Shown here: positions 24,456 through 39,400 of the stretch, one piece after another
Numbering within the stretch: position 1 is the first letter of the stretch
How the letters are laid out: each line of letters starts with the position of its first letter
DNA from: Balanoglossus misakiensis
Lineage: Eukaryota > Animalia > Hemichordata
DNA: 64,000 nucleotides
Direction: 5' to 3'
NCBI GenBank assembly: GCA_040954595.2
Contig: CM082576.2
Location: 668,648 to 732,647, forward strand
Program-made: the position numbers and the translations under genes
Notes under the pieces: model-generated
Told to the model about the DNA's origin: nothing
The model's database searches: none
The model's input: only the letters and a program-made list of their open reading frames with translations

Positions 24456-27400
24456 CGAATTTTCGAAATTTCTTCATTTTTTCGAAAAAACCATGGGTTA
24501 CAGCTCATGAAAATCATCCCAAAATGACAATTTTGCGACTTTGCGAATTTTCAAAATTTCTTCATTTTTTCGAAAAAACCATGGGTTATAGCTCATGAAA
24601 ATCATCCCAAAATGACAATTTTGCGACTTTGCGAATTTTCAAAATTTCTTCATTTTTTCGAAAAAACCATGGGTTATAGCTCATGAAAATCATCCCAAAA
24701 TGACAATTTTTCGACTTTGCGAATTTTCAAAATTTCTTCATTTTTTCGAAAAAACCATGGGTTATAGCTCATGAAAATCATCCCAAAATGACAATTTTTC
24801 GACTTTGCGAATTTTCAAAATTTCTTCATTTTTTCGAAAAAACCATGGGTTATAGCTCATGAAAATCATCCAAAAATGACAATTTTTCGACTTTGCGAAT
24901 TTTCAAAATTTCTTCATTTTTTCGAAAAAAACTATGGGTTATAGCTCATGAAAATCATCCAAAAATGACAATTTTTCGACTTTGCGAATTTTCAAAATTT
25001 CTTCATTTTTTCGAAAAAACCATGGGTTATAGCTCATGAAAATCATCCCAAAATGACAATTTTGCGACTATGCGAATTTTCAAAATTTCTTCATTTTTTC
25101 GAAAAACCATGGGTTATAGCTCATGAAAATCATCCCAAAATGACAATTTTTCGACTTTGCGAATTTTCAAAATTTCTTCATTTTTTCGAAAAAACCATGA
25201 GTTATAGCTCATGAAAATCATCCCAAAATGACAATTTTGCGACTTTGCGAATTTTCAAAATTTCTTCATTTTTTCGAAAAAACCATGGGTTATAGCTCAT
25301 GAAAATCATCCCAAAATGACAATTTTGCGACTTTGCGAATTTTCAAAATTTCTTCATTTTTTCGAAAAAACCATGGGTTATAGCTCATGAAAATCATCCA
25401 AAAATGACAATTTTTCGACTTTGCGAATTTTCAAAATTTCTTCATTTTTTCGAAAAAACCATGGGTTATAGCTCATGAAAATCATCCCAAAATGACAATT
25501 TTGCGACTATGCGAATTTTCAAAATTTCTTCATTTTTTCGAAAAACCATGGGTTATAGCTCATGAAAATCATCCCAAAATGACAATTTTTCGACTTTGCG
25601 AATTTTCAAAATTTCTTCATTTTTTCGAAAAAACCATGAGTTATAGCTCATGAAAATCATCCCAAAATGACAATTTTGCGACTTTGCGAATTTTCAAAAT
25701 TTCTTCATTTTTTCAAAAAACCATGGGTTATAGCTCATGAAAATCATCCCAAAATGACAATTTTGCGACTTTGCGAATTTTCAAAATTTCTTCATTTTTT
25801 CGAAAAAACCATGGGTTATAGCTCATGAAAATCATCCCAAAATGACAATTTTTCGACTTTGCGAATTTTCAAAATTTCTTCATTTTTTCGAAAAAACCAT
25901 GGGTTATAGCTCATGAAAATCATCCAAAAATGACAATTTTTCGACTTTGCGAATTTTCAAAATTTCTTCATTTTTTCGAAAAACCATGGGTTATAGCTCA
26001 TGAAAATCATCCCAAAATGACAATTTTTCGACTATGCGAATTTTCAAAATTTCTTCATTTTTTCGAAAAACCATGGGTTATAGCTCATGAAAATCATCCC
26101 AAAATGACAATTTTTCGACTTTGCGAATTTTCAAAATTTCTTCATTTTTTCAAAAAACCATGAGTTATAGCTCATGAAAATCATCCCAAAATGACAATTT
26201 TGCGACTTTGCGAATTTTCAAAATTTCTTCATTTTTTCAAAAAACCATGGGTTATAGCTCATGAAAATCATCCTAAAATGACAATTTTGCGACTTTGCGA
26301 ATTTTCAAAATTTCTTCATTTTTTCAAAAAACCATGGGTTATAGCTCATGAAAATCATCCCAAAATGACAATTTTGCGACTTTGCGAATTTTCAAAATTT
26401 CTTCATTTTGTCGAAAAACCATGGGTTATAGCTCATGAAAATCATCCAAAAATGACAATTTTTCGACTTTGCGAATTTTCAAAATTTCTTCATTTTTTCA
26501 AAAAACCATGGGTTATAGCTCATGAAAATCATCCCAAAATGACAATTTTGCGACTTTGCGAATTTTCAAAATTTCTTCATTTTTTCGAAAAAACCATGGG
26601 TTATAGCTCACGAAAATCATCCTAAAATGACAATTTTGCGACTTTGCGAATTTTCAAAATTTCTTCATTTTTTCAAAAAAACCATGGGTTATAGCTCATG
26701 AAAATCATCCCAAAATGACAATTTTGTGACTTTGCGAATTTTCAAAATTTCTTCATTTTTTCGAAAAACCATGGGTTATAGCTCATGAAAATCATCCAAA
26801 AATTACAATTTTGCGACTTTGCGAATTTTCAAAATTTCTTCATTTTTTCAAAAAACCATGGGTTATAGCTCATGAAAATCATCCCAAAATGACAATTTTG
26901 CGACTTTGCGAATTTTCAAAATTTCTTCATTTTTTCGAAAAACCATGGGTTATAGCTCATGAAAATCATCCAAAAATTACAATTTTTCGACTTTGCGAAT
27001 TTTCAAAATTTCTTCATTTTTTCGAAAAAACCATGGGTTATAGCTCATGAAAATCATCCCAACATGATAATTTTTCGACTTTGCGAATTTTCAAAATTTC
27101 TTCATTTTTTTCGAAAAAACCATGGGTTATAGCTCATGAAAATCATCCCAAAATGACAATTTTGCGACTTTGCGAATTTTCAAAATTTCTTCATTTTTTC
27201 GAAAAAACCATGGGTTATAGCTCATGAAAATCATCCCAAAATGACAATTTTGCGACTTTGCGAATTTTCAAAATTTCTTCATTTTTTCGAAAAACCATGG
27301 GTTATAGCTCATGAAAATCATCCAAAAATTACAATTTTTCGACTTTGCGAATTTTCAAAATTTCTTCATTTTTTCGAAAAACCATGGGTTATATAGCTTA

Positions 27401-30400
27401 TGAAAATCATCCCAAAATGACAATTTTTCGACTATGCGAATTTTCAAAATTTCTTCATTTTTTCGAAAAACCATGGGTTATAGCTCATGAAAATCATCCC
27501 AAAATGACAATTTTTCGACTTTGCGAATTTTCAAAATTTCTTCATTTTTTCAAAAAACATGAGTTATAGCTCATGAAAATCATCCCAAAATGACAATTTT
27601 GCGACTTTGCGAATTTTCAAAATTTCTTCATTTTTTCAAAAAACCATGGGTTATAGCTCATGAAAATCATCCCAAAATGACAATTTTGCGACTTTGCGAA
27701 TTTTCAAAATTTCTTCATTTTTTCAAAAAACCATGGGTTATAGCTCATGAAAATCATCCTAAAATAACAATTTTGCGACTTTGCGACTTTTCAAAATTTC
27801 TTCATTTTTTCAAAAAAACCATGGGTTATAGCTCATGAAAATCATCCCAAAATGACAATTTTGTGACTTTGCGAATTTTCAAAATTTCTTCATTTTTTCG
27901 AAAAACCATGGGTTATAGCTCATGAAAATCATCCAAAAATTACAATTTTGCGACTTTGCGAATTTTCAAAATTTCTTCATTTTTTCAAAAAACCATGGGT
28001 TATAGCTCATGAAAATCATCCCAAAATGACAATTTTGCGACTTTGCGAATTTTCAAAATTTCTTCATTTTTTCGAAAAACCATGGGTTATAGCTCATGAA
28101 AATCATCCAAAAATTACAATTTTTCGACTTTGCGAATTTTCAAAATTTCTTCATTTTTTCGAAAAAACCATGGGTTATAGCTCATGAAAATCATCCCAAC
28201 ATGATAATTTTTCGACTTTGCGAATTTTCAAAATTTCTTCATTTTTTTCGAAAAAACCATGGGTTATAGCTCATGAAAATCATCCCAAAATGACAATTTT
28301 GCGACTTTGCGAATTTTCAAAATTTCTTCATTTTTTCGAAAAAACCATGGGTTATAGCTCATGAAAATCATCCCAAAATGACAATTTTGCGACTTTGCGA
28401 ATTTTCAAAATTTCTTCATTTTTTCGAAAAACCATGGGTTATAGCTCATGAAAATCATCCAAAAATTACAATTTTTCGACTTTGCGAATTTTCAAAATTT
28501 CTTCATTTTTTCGAAAAACCATGGGTTATATAGCTTATGAAAATCATCCCAAAATGACAATTTTTCGACTATGCGAATTTTCAAAATTTCTTCATTTTTT
28601 CGAAAAACCATGGGTTATAGCTCATGAAAATCATCCCAAAATGACAATTTTTCGACTTTGCGAATTTTCAAAATTTCTTCATTTTTTCAAAAAACATGAG
28701 TTATAGCTCATGAAAATCATCCCAAAATGACAATTTTGCGACTTTGCGAATTTTCAAAATTTCTTCATTTTTTCAAAAAACCATGGGTTATAGCTCATGA
28801 AAATCATCCCAAAATGACAATTTTGCGACTTTGCGAATTTTCAAAATTTCTTCATTTTTTCAAAAAACCATGGGTTATAGCTCATGAAAATCATCCTAAA
28901 ATAACAATTTTGCGACTTTGCGACTTTTCAAAATTTCTTCATTTTTTCAAAAAACCATGGGTTATAGCTCATGAAAATCATCCCAAAATGACAATTTTTC
29001 GACTATGCGAATTTTCAAAATTTCTTCATTTTTTCGAAAAACCATGGGTTATAGCTCATGAAAATCATCCCAAAATGACAATTTTTCGACTTTGCGAATT
29101 TTCAAAATTTCTTCATTTTTTCAAAAAACCATGAGTTATAGCTCATGAAAATCATCCCAAAATGACAATTTTGCGACTTTGCGGATTTTCAAAATTTCTT
29201 CATTTTTTCAAAAAACCATGGGTTATAGCTCATGAAAATCATCCTAAAATGACAATTTTTCGACTTTGCGAATTTTCAAAATTTCTTCATTTTTTCGAAA
29301 AAACCATGGGTTATAGCTCATGAAAATCATCCCAACATGATAATTTTTCGACTTTGCGAATTTTCAAAATTTCTTCATTTTTTTCGAAAAAACCATGGGT
29401 TATAGCTCATGAAAATCATCCCAAAATGACAATTTTGCGACTTTGCGAATTTTCAAAATTTCTTCATTTTTTCAAAAAATCATGGGTTATAGCTCATGAA
29501 AATCATCCCAAAATGACAATTTTGCGACTTTGCGAATTTTCAAAATTTCTTCATTTTTTCGAAAAAACCATGGGTTATAGCTCATGAAAATCATCCCAAA
29601 ATGACAATTTTTCGACTTTGCGAATTTTCAAAATTTCTTCATTTTTTCGAAAAAACCATGGGTTATAGCTCATGAAAATCATCCCAAAATGACAATTTTG
29701 CGACTTTGCGAATTTTCAAAATTTCTTCTTTTTGTCGAAAAAACCATGGGTTATAGCTCATGAAAATCATCCCAAAATGACAATTTTGCGACTTTGCGAA
29801 TTTTCAAAATTTCTTCATTTTTTCGAAAAACCATGGGTTATAGCTCATGAAAATCATCCAAAAATTACAATTTTTCGACTTTGCGAATTTTCAAAATTTC
29901 TTCATTTTTTCGAAAAACCATGGGTTATAGCTTATGAAAATCATCCCAAAATGACAATTTTTCGAGTATGCGAATTTTCAAAATTTCTTCATTTTTTCGA
30001 AAAACCATGGGTTATAGCTCATGAAAATCATCCCAAAATGACAATTTTTCGACTTTGCGAATTTTCAAAATTTCTTCATTTTTTCAAAAAACCATGAGTT
30101 ATAGCTCATGAAAATCATCCCAAAATGACAATTTTGCGACTTTGCGAATTTTCAAAATTTCTTCATTTTTTCAAAAAACCATGGGTTATAGCTCATGAAA
30201 ATCATCCCAAAATGACAATTTTTCGACTATGCGAATTTTCAAAATTTCTTCATTTTTTCGAAAAACCATGGGTTATAGTTCATGAAAATCATCCCAAAAT
30301 GACAATTTTTCGACTTTGCGAATTTTCAAAATTTCTTCATTTTTTCAAAAAACCATGAGTTATAGCTCATGAAAATCATCCCAAAATGACAATTTTGCGA

Positions 30401-33400
30401 CTTTGCGGATTTTCAAAATTTCTTCATTTTTTCAAAAAACCATGGGTTATAGCTCATGAAAATCATCCTAAAATGACAATTTTGCGACTTTGCGAATTTT
30501 CAAAATTTCTTCATTTTTTCAAAAAACCATGGGTTATAGCTCATGAAAATCATCCCAAAATGACAATTTTGCGACTTTGCGAATTTTCAAAATTTCTTCA
30601 TTTTTTCGAAAAACCATGGGTTATAGCTCATGAAAATCATCCAAAAATTACAATTTTTCGACTTTGCGAATTTTCAAAATTTTCTTCATTTTTTCGAAAA
30701 ACCATGGGTTATAGCTCATGAAAATCATCCCAAAATGACAATTTTTCGACTATGCGAATTTTCAAAATTTCTTCATTTTTTCGAAAAACCATGGGTTATA
30801 GCTCATGAAAATCATCCCAAAATGACAATTTTTCGACTTTGCGAATTTTCAAAATTTCTTCATTTTTTCAAAAAACCATGGGTTATAGCTCATGAAAATC
30901 ATCCCAAAATGACAATTTTGCGACTTTGCGAATTTTCAAAATTTCTTCATTTTTTCAAAAAACCATGGGTTATAGCTCATGAAAATCATCCCAAAATGAC
31001 AATTTTTCGACTTTGCGAATTTTCAAAATTTCTTCATTTTTTCGAAAAACCATGGGTTATAGCTCATGAAAATCATCCCAAAATGACAATTTTTCGACTA
31101 TGCGAATTTTCAAAATTTCTTCATTTTTTCGAAAAACCATGGGTTATAGCTCATGAAAATCATCCCAAAATGACAATTTTTCGACTTTGCGAATTTTCAA
31201 AATTTCTTCATTTTTTCAAAAAACCATGGGTTATAGCTCATGAAAATCATCCCAAAATGACAATTTTGCGACTTTGCGAATTTTCAAAATTTGTTCATTT
31301 TTTCGAAAAACCATGGGTTATAGCTCATGAAAATCATCCAAAAATTACAATTTTTCGACTTTGCGAATTTTCAAAATTTCTTCATTTTTTCGAAAAAACC
31401 ATGGGTTATAGCTCATGAAAATCATCCCAACATGATAATTTTTCGACTTTGCGAATTTTCAAAATTTCTTCATTTTTTCGAAAAAACCATGGGTTATAGC
31501 TCATGAAAATCATCCCAAAATGACAATTTTTCGACTTTGCGAATTTTCAAAATTTCTTCATTTTTTCAAAAAACCATGGGTTATAGCTCATGAAAATCAT
31601 CCCAAAATGACAATTTTGCGACTTTGCGAATTTTCAAAATTTCTTCATTTTTTCGAAAAAACCATGGGTTATAGCTCACGAAAATCATCCTAAAATGACA
31701 ATTTTGCGACTTTGCGAATTTTCAAAATTTTCTTCATTTTTTCGAAAAACCATGGGTTATAGCTCATGAAAATCATCCCAAAATGACAATTTTTCGACTA
31801 TGCGAATTTTCAAAATTTCTTCATTTTTTCGAAAAACCATGGGTTATAGCTCATGAAAATCATCCCAAAATGACAATTTTTCGACTTTGCGAATTTTCAA
31901 AATTTCTTCATTTTTTCAAAAAACCATGGGTTATAGCTCATGAAAATCATCCCAAAATGACAATTTTGCGACTTTGCGAATTTTCAAAATTTCTTCATTT
32001 TTTCAAAAAACCATGGGTTATAGCTCATGAAAATCATCCCAAAATGACAATTTTTCGACTTTGCGAATTTTCAAAATTTCTTCATTTTTTCGAAAAACCA
32101 TGGGTTATAGCTCATGAAAATCATCCCAAAATGACAATTTTTCGACTATGCGAATTTTCAAAATTTCTTCATTTTTTCGAAAAACCATGGGTTATAGCTC
32201 ATGAAAATCATCCCAAAATGACAATTTTTCGACTTTGCGAATTTTCAAAATTTCTTCATTTTTTCAAAAAACCATGGGTTATAGCTCATGAAAATCATCC
32301 CAAAATGACAATTTTGCGACTTTGCGAATTTTCAAAATTTGTTCATTTTTTCGAAAAACCATGGGTTATAGCTCATGAAAATCATCCAAAAATTACAATT
32401 TTTCGACTTTGCGAATTTTCAAAATTTCTTCATTTTTTCGAAAAAACCATGGGTTATAGCTCATGAAAATCATCCCAACATGATAATTTTTCGACTTTGC
32501 GAATTTTCAAAATTTCTTCATTTTTTCGAAAAAACCATGGGTTATAGCTCATGAAAATCATCCCAAAATGACAATTTTTCGACTTTGCGAATTTTCAAAA
32601 TTTCTTCATTTTTTCAAAAAACCATGGGTTATAGCTCATGAAAATCATCCCAAAATGACAATTTTGCGACTTTGCGAATTTTCAAAATTTCTTCATTTTT
32701 TCGAAAAAACCATGGGTTATAGCTCACGAAAATCATCCTAAAATGACAATTTTGCGACTTTGCGAATTTTCAAAATTTTCTTCATTTTTTCGAAAAACCA
32801 TGGGTTATAGCTCATGAAAATCATCCCAAAATGACAATTTTTCGACTATGCGAATTTTCAAAATTTCTTCATTTTTTCGAAAAACCATGGGTTATAGCTC
32901 ATGAAAATCATCCCAAAATGACAATTTTTCGACTTTGCGAATTTTCAAAATTTCTTCATTTTTTCAAAAAACCATGGGTTATAGCTCATGAAAATCATCC
33001 CAAAATGACAATTTTGCGACTTTGCGAATTTTCAAAATTTCTTCATTTTTTCAAAAAACCATGGGTTATAGCTCATGAAAATCATCCCAAAATGACAATT
33101 TTTCGACTTTGCGAATTTTCAAAATTTCTTCATTTTTTCGAAAAACCATGGGTTATAGCTCATGAAAATCATCCCAAAATGACAATTTTTCGACTATGCG
33201 AATTTTCAAAATTTCTTCATTTTTTCGAAAAACCATGGGTTATAGCTCATGAAAATCATCCCAAAATGACAATTTTTCGACTTTGCGAATTTTCAAAATT
33301 TCTTCATTTTTTCAAAAAACCATGGGTTATAGCTCATGAAAATCATCCCAAAATGACAATTTTGCGACTTTGCGAATTTTCAAAATTTGTTCATTTTTTC

Positions 33401-36400
33401 GAAAAACCATGGGTTATAGCTCATGAAAATCATCCAAAAATTACAATTTTTCGACTTTGCGAATTTTCAAAATTTCTTCATTTTTTCGAAAAAACCATGG
33501 GTTATAGCTCATGAAAATCATCCCAACATGATAATTTTTCGACTTTGCGAATTTTCCAAATTTCTTCATTTTTTCGAAAAAACCATGGGTTATAGCTCAT
33601 GAAAATCATCCCAAAATGACAATTTTGCGACTTTGCGAATTTTCAAAATTTCTTCATTTTTTCGAAAAACCATGGGTTATAGCTCATGAAAATCATCCAA
33701 AAATTACAATTTTTCGACTTTGCGAATTTTCAAAATTTCTTCATTTTTTCGAAAAAACCATGGGTTATAGCTCATGAAAATCATCCCAACATGATAATTT
33801 TTCGACTTTGCGAATTTTCAAAATTTCTTCATTTTTTCGAAAAAACCATGGGTTATAGCTCATGAAAATCATCCCAAAATGACAATTTTTCGACTTTGCG
33901 AATTTTCAAAATTTCTTCATTTTTTCAAAAAACCATGGGTTATAGCTCATGAAAATCATCCCAAAATGACAATTTTGCGACTTTGCGAATTTTCAAAATT
34001 TCTTCATTTTTTCGAAAAAACCATGGGTTATAGCTCACGAAAATCATCCTAAAATGACAATTTTGCGACTTTGCGAATTTTCAAAATTTTCTTCATTTTT
34101 TCGAAAAACCATGGGTTATAGCTCATGAAAATCATCCCAAAATGACAATTTTTCGACTATGCGAATTTTCAAAATTTCTTCATTTTTTCGAAAAACCATG
34201 GGTTATAGCTCATGAAAATCATCCCAAAATGACAATTTTTCGACTTTGCGAATTTTCAAAATTTCTTCATTTTTTCAAAAAACCATGGGTTATAGCTCAT
34301 GAAAATCATCCCAAAATGACAATTTTGCGACTTTGCGAATTTTCAAAATTTCTTCATTTTTTCAAAAAACCATGGGTTATAGCTCATGAAAATCATCCCA
34401 AAATGACAATTTTTCGACTTTGCGAATTTTCAAAATTTCTTCATTTTTTCGAAAAACCATGGGTTATAGCTCATGAAAATCATCCCAAAATGACAATTTT
34501 TCGACTATGCGAATTTTCAAAATTTCTTCATTTTTTCGAAAAACCATGGGTTATAGCTCATGAAAATCATCCCAAAATGACAATTTTTCGACTTTGCGAA
34601 TTTTCAAAATTTCTTCATTTTTTCAAAAAACCATGGGTTATAGCTCATGAAAATCATCCCAAAATGACAATTTTGCGACTTTGCGAATTTTCAAAATTTG
34701 TTCATTTTTTCGAAAAACCATGGGTTATAGCTCATGAAAATCATCCAAAAATTACAATTTTTCGACTTTGCGAATTTTCAAAATTTCTTCATTTTTTCGA
34801 AAAAACCATGGGTTATAGCTCATGAAAATCATCCCAACATGATAATTTTTCGACTTTGCGAATTTTCCAAATTTCTTCATTTTTTCGAAAAAACCATGGG
34901 TTATAGCTCATGAAAATCATCCCAAAATGACAATTTTTCGACTTTGCGAATTTTCAAAATTTCTTCATTTTTTCAAAAAACCATGGGTTATAGCTCATGA
35001 AAATCATCCCAAAATGACAATTTTGCGACTTTGCGAATTTTCAAAATTTCTTCATTTTTTCGAAAAAACCATGGGTTATAGCTCACGAAAATCATCCTAA
35101 AATGACAATTTTGCGACTTTGCGAATTTTCAAAATTTCTTCATTTTTTCAAAAAACCATGGGTTATAGCTCATGAAAATCATCCCAAAATGACAATTTTG
35201 TGACTTTGCGAATTTTCAAAATTTCTTCATTTTTTCGAAAAACCATGGGTTATAGCTCATGAAAATCATCCAAAAATTACAATTTTGCGACTTTGCGAAT
35301 TTTCAAAATTTCTTCATTTTTTCAAAAAACCATGGGTTATAGCTCATGAAAATCATCCCAAAATGACAATTTTGCGACTTTGCGAATTTTCAAAATTTCT
35401 TCATTTTTTCGAAAAACCATGGGTTATAGCTCATGAAAATCATCCAAAAATTACAATTTTTCGACTTTGCGAATTTTCAAAATTTCTTCATTTTTTCGAA
35501 AAAACCATGGGTTATAGCTCATGAAAATCATCCCAACATGATAATTTTTCGACTTTGCGAATTTTCAAAATTTCTTCATTTTTTTCGAAAAAACCATGGG
35601 TTATAGCTCATGAAAATCATCCCAAAATGACAATTTTTCGACTTTGCGAATTTTCAAAATTTCTTCATTTTTTCAAAAAACCATGGGTTATAGCTCATGA
35701 AAATCATCCCAAAATGACAATTTTGTGACTTTGCGAATTTTCAAAATTTCTTCATTTTTTCGAAAAACCATGGGTTATAGCTCATGAAAATCATCCAAAA
35801 ATTACAATTTTGCGACTTTGCGAATTTTCAAAATTTCTTCATTTTTTCAAAAAACCATGGGTTATAGCTCATGAAAATCATCCCAAAATGACAATTTTGC
35901 GACTTTGCGAATTTTCAAAATTTCTTCATTTTTTCGAAAAACCATGGGTTATAGCTCATGAAAATCATCCAAAAATTACAATTTTTCGACTTTGCGAATT
36001 TTCAAAATTTCTTCATTTTTTCGAAAAAACCATGGGTTATAGCTCATGAAAATCATCCCAACATGATAATTTTTCGACTTTGCGAATTTTCAAAATTTCT
36101 TCATTTTTTTCGAAAAAACCATGGGTTATAGCTCATGAAAATCATCCCAAAATGACAATTTTTCGACTTTGCGAATTTTCAAAATTTCTTCATTTTTTCA
36201 AAAAACCATGGGTTATAGCTCATGAAAATCATCCCAAAATGACAATTTTGCGACTTTGCGAATTTTCAAAATTTCTTCATTTTTTCGAAAAAACCATGGG
36301 TTATAGCTCATGAAAATCATCCCAAAATGACAATTTTTCGACTTTGCGAATTTTCAAAATTTCTTCATTTTTTCGAAAAAGCCATGGGTTATAGCTCATG

Positions 36401-39400
36401 AAAATCATCCCAAAATGACAGTTTTTCGACTTTGCGAATTTTCAAAATTTCTTCATTTTTTCAAAAAACCATGGGTTATAGCTCATGAAAATCATCCCAA
36501 AATGACAATTTTGCGACTTTGCGAATTTTCAAAATTTCTTCATTTTTTCGAAAAAACCATGGGTTATAGCTCATGAAAATCATCCCAAAATGACAATTTT
36601 TCGACTTTGCGAATTTTCAAAATTTCTTCATTTTTTCAAAAAACCATGAGTTATAGCTCATGAAAATCATCCCAAAATGATAATTTTGCGACTTTGCGAA
36701 TTTTCAAAATTTCTTCATTTTTTCAAAAAACCATGGGTTATAGCTCATGAAAATCATCCTAAAATGACAATTTTGCGACTTTGCGAATTTTCAAAATTTC
36801 TTCATTTTTTCAAAAAACCATGGGTTATAGCTCATGAAAATCATCCTAAAATAACAATTTTGCGACTTTGCGACTTTTCAAAATTTCTTCATTTTTTCAA
36901 AAAACCATGGGTTATAGCTCATGAAAATCATCCCAAAATGACAATTTTGCGACTTTGCGAATTTTCAAAATTTCTTCATTTTTTCGAAAAACCATGGGTT
37001 ATAGCTCATGAAAATCATCCAAAAATTACAATTTTTCGACTTTGCGAATTTTCAAAATTTCTTCATTTTTTCGAAAAAACCATGGGTTATAGCTCATGAA
37101 AATCATCCAAAAATGACAATTTTTCGACTTTGCGAATTTTCAAAATTTCTTCATTTTTTCGAAAAAACCATGGGTTATAGCTCATGAAAATCATCCAAAA
37201 ATGACAATTTTTCGACTTTGCGAATTTTCAAAATTTCTTCATTTTTTCGAAAAAAACCATGGGTTATAGCTCATGAAAATCATCCAAAAATGATAATTTT
37301 TCGACTTTGAGAATTTTCAAAATTTCTTCATTTTTTCAAAAAACCATGAGTTATAGCTCATGAAAATCATCCCAAAATGATAATTTTGCGACTTTGCGAA
37401 TTTTCAAAATTTCTTCATTTTTTCAAAAAACCATGGGTTATAGCTCATGAAAATCATCCTAAAATGACAATTTTGCGACTTTGCGAATTTTCAAAATTTC
37501 TTCATTTTTTCGAAAAACCATGGGTTATAGCTCATGAAAATCATCCAAAAATTACAATTTTTCGACTTTGCGAATTTTCAAAATTTTCTTCATTTTTTCG
37601 AAAAACCATGGGTTATAGCTCATGAAAATCATCCCAAAATGACAATTTTTCGACTATGCGAATTTTCAAAATTTCTTCATTTTTTCGAAAAACCATGGGT
37701 TATAGCTCATGAAAATCATCCCAAAATGACAATTTTTCGACTATGCGAATTTTCAAAATTTCTTCATTTTTTCAAAAAACCATGGGTTATAGCTCATGAA
37801 AATCATCCCAAAATGACAATTTTGCGACTTTGCGAATTTTCAAAATTTCTTCATTTTTTCAAAAAACCATGGGTTATAGCTCATGAAAATCATCCCAAAA
37901 TGACAATTTTTCGACTTTGCGAATTTTCAAAATTTCTTCATTTTTTCGAAAAACCATGGGTTATAGCTCATGAAAATCATCCCAAAATGACAATTTTTCG
38001 ACTATGCGAATTTTCAAAATTTCTTCATTTTTTCGAAAAACCATGGGTTATAGCTCATGAAAATCATCCCAAAATGACAATTTTTCGACTTTGCGAATTT
38101 TCAAAATTTCTTCATTTTTTCAAAAAACCATGGGTTATAGCTCATGAAAATCATCCCAAAATGACAATTTTGCGACTTTGCGAATTTTCAAAATTTGTTC
38201 ATTTTTTCGAAAAACCATGGGTTATAGCTCATGAAAATCATCCAAAAATTACAATTTTTCGACTTTGCGAATTTTCAAAATTTCTTCATTTTTTCGAAAA
38301 AACCATGGGTTATAGCTCATGAAAATCATCCCAACATGATAATTTTTCGACTTTGCGAATTTTCAAAATTTCTTCATTTTTTCGAAAAAACCATGGGTTA
38401 TAGCTCATGAAAATCATCCCAAAATGACAATTTTTCGACTTTGCGAATTTTCAAAATTTCTTCATTTTTTCAAAAAACCATGGGTTATAGCTCATGAAAA
38501 TCATCCCAAAATGACAATTTTGCGACTTTGCGAATTTTCAAAATTTCTTCATTTTTTCGAAAAAACCATGGGTTATAGCTCACGAAAATCATCCTAAAAT
38601 GACAATTTTGCGACTTTGCGAATTTTCAAAATTTTCTTCATTTTTTCGAAAAACCATGGGTTATAGCTCATGAAAATCATCCCAAAATGACAATTTTTCG
38701 ACTATGCGAATTTTCAAAATTTCTTCATTTTTTCGAAAAACCATGGGTTATAGCTCATGAAAATCATCCCAAAATGACAATTTTTCGACTTTGCGAATTT
38801 TCAAAATTTCTTCATTTTTTCAAAAAACCATGGGTTATAGCTCATGAAAATCATCCCAAAATGACAATTTTGCGACTTTGCGAATTTTCAAAATTTCTTC
38901 ATTTTTTCAAAAAACCATGGGTTATAGCTCATGAAAATCATCCCAAAATGACAATTTTTCGACTTTGCGAATTTTCAAAATTTCTTCATTTTTTCGAAAA
39001 ACCATGGGTTATAGCTCATGAAAATCATCCCAAAATGACAATTTTTCGACTATGCGAATTTTCAAAATTTCTTCATTTTTTCGAAAAACCATGGGTTATA
39101 GCTCATGAAAATCATCCCAAAATGACAATTTTTCGACTTTGCGAATTTTCAAAATTTCTTCATTTTTTCAAAAAACCATGGGTTATAGCTCATGAAAATC
39201 ATCCCAAAATGACAATTTTGCGACTTTGCGAATTTTCAAAATTTCTTCATTTTTTCGAAAAACCATGGGTTATAGCTCATGAAAATCATCCAAAAATTAC
39301 AATTTTTCGACTTTGCGAATTTTCAAAATTTCTTCATTTTTTCGAAAAAACCATGGGTTATAGCTCATGAAAATCATCCCAACATGATAATTTTTCGACT

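Noticed and set aside
24480-24500. CENP-B-box-like TTCG...GGG in the monomer
   Set aside because: TTTCGAAAAACCATGGG lacks the required CGGG at the correct spacing, so a centromeric role cannot be claimed.
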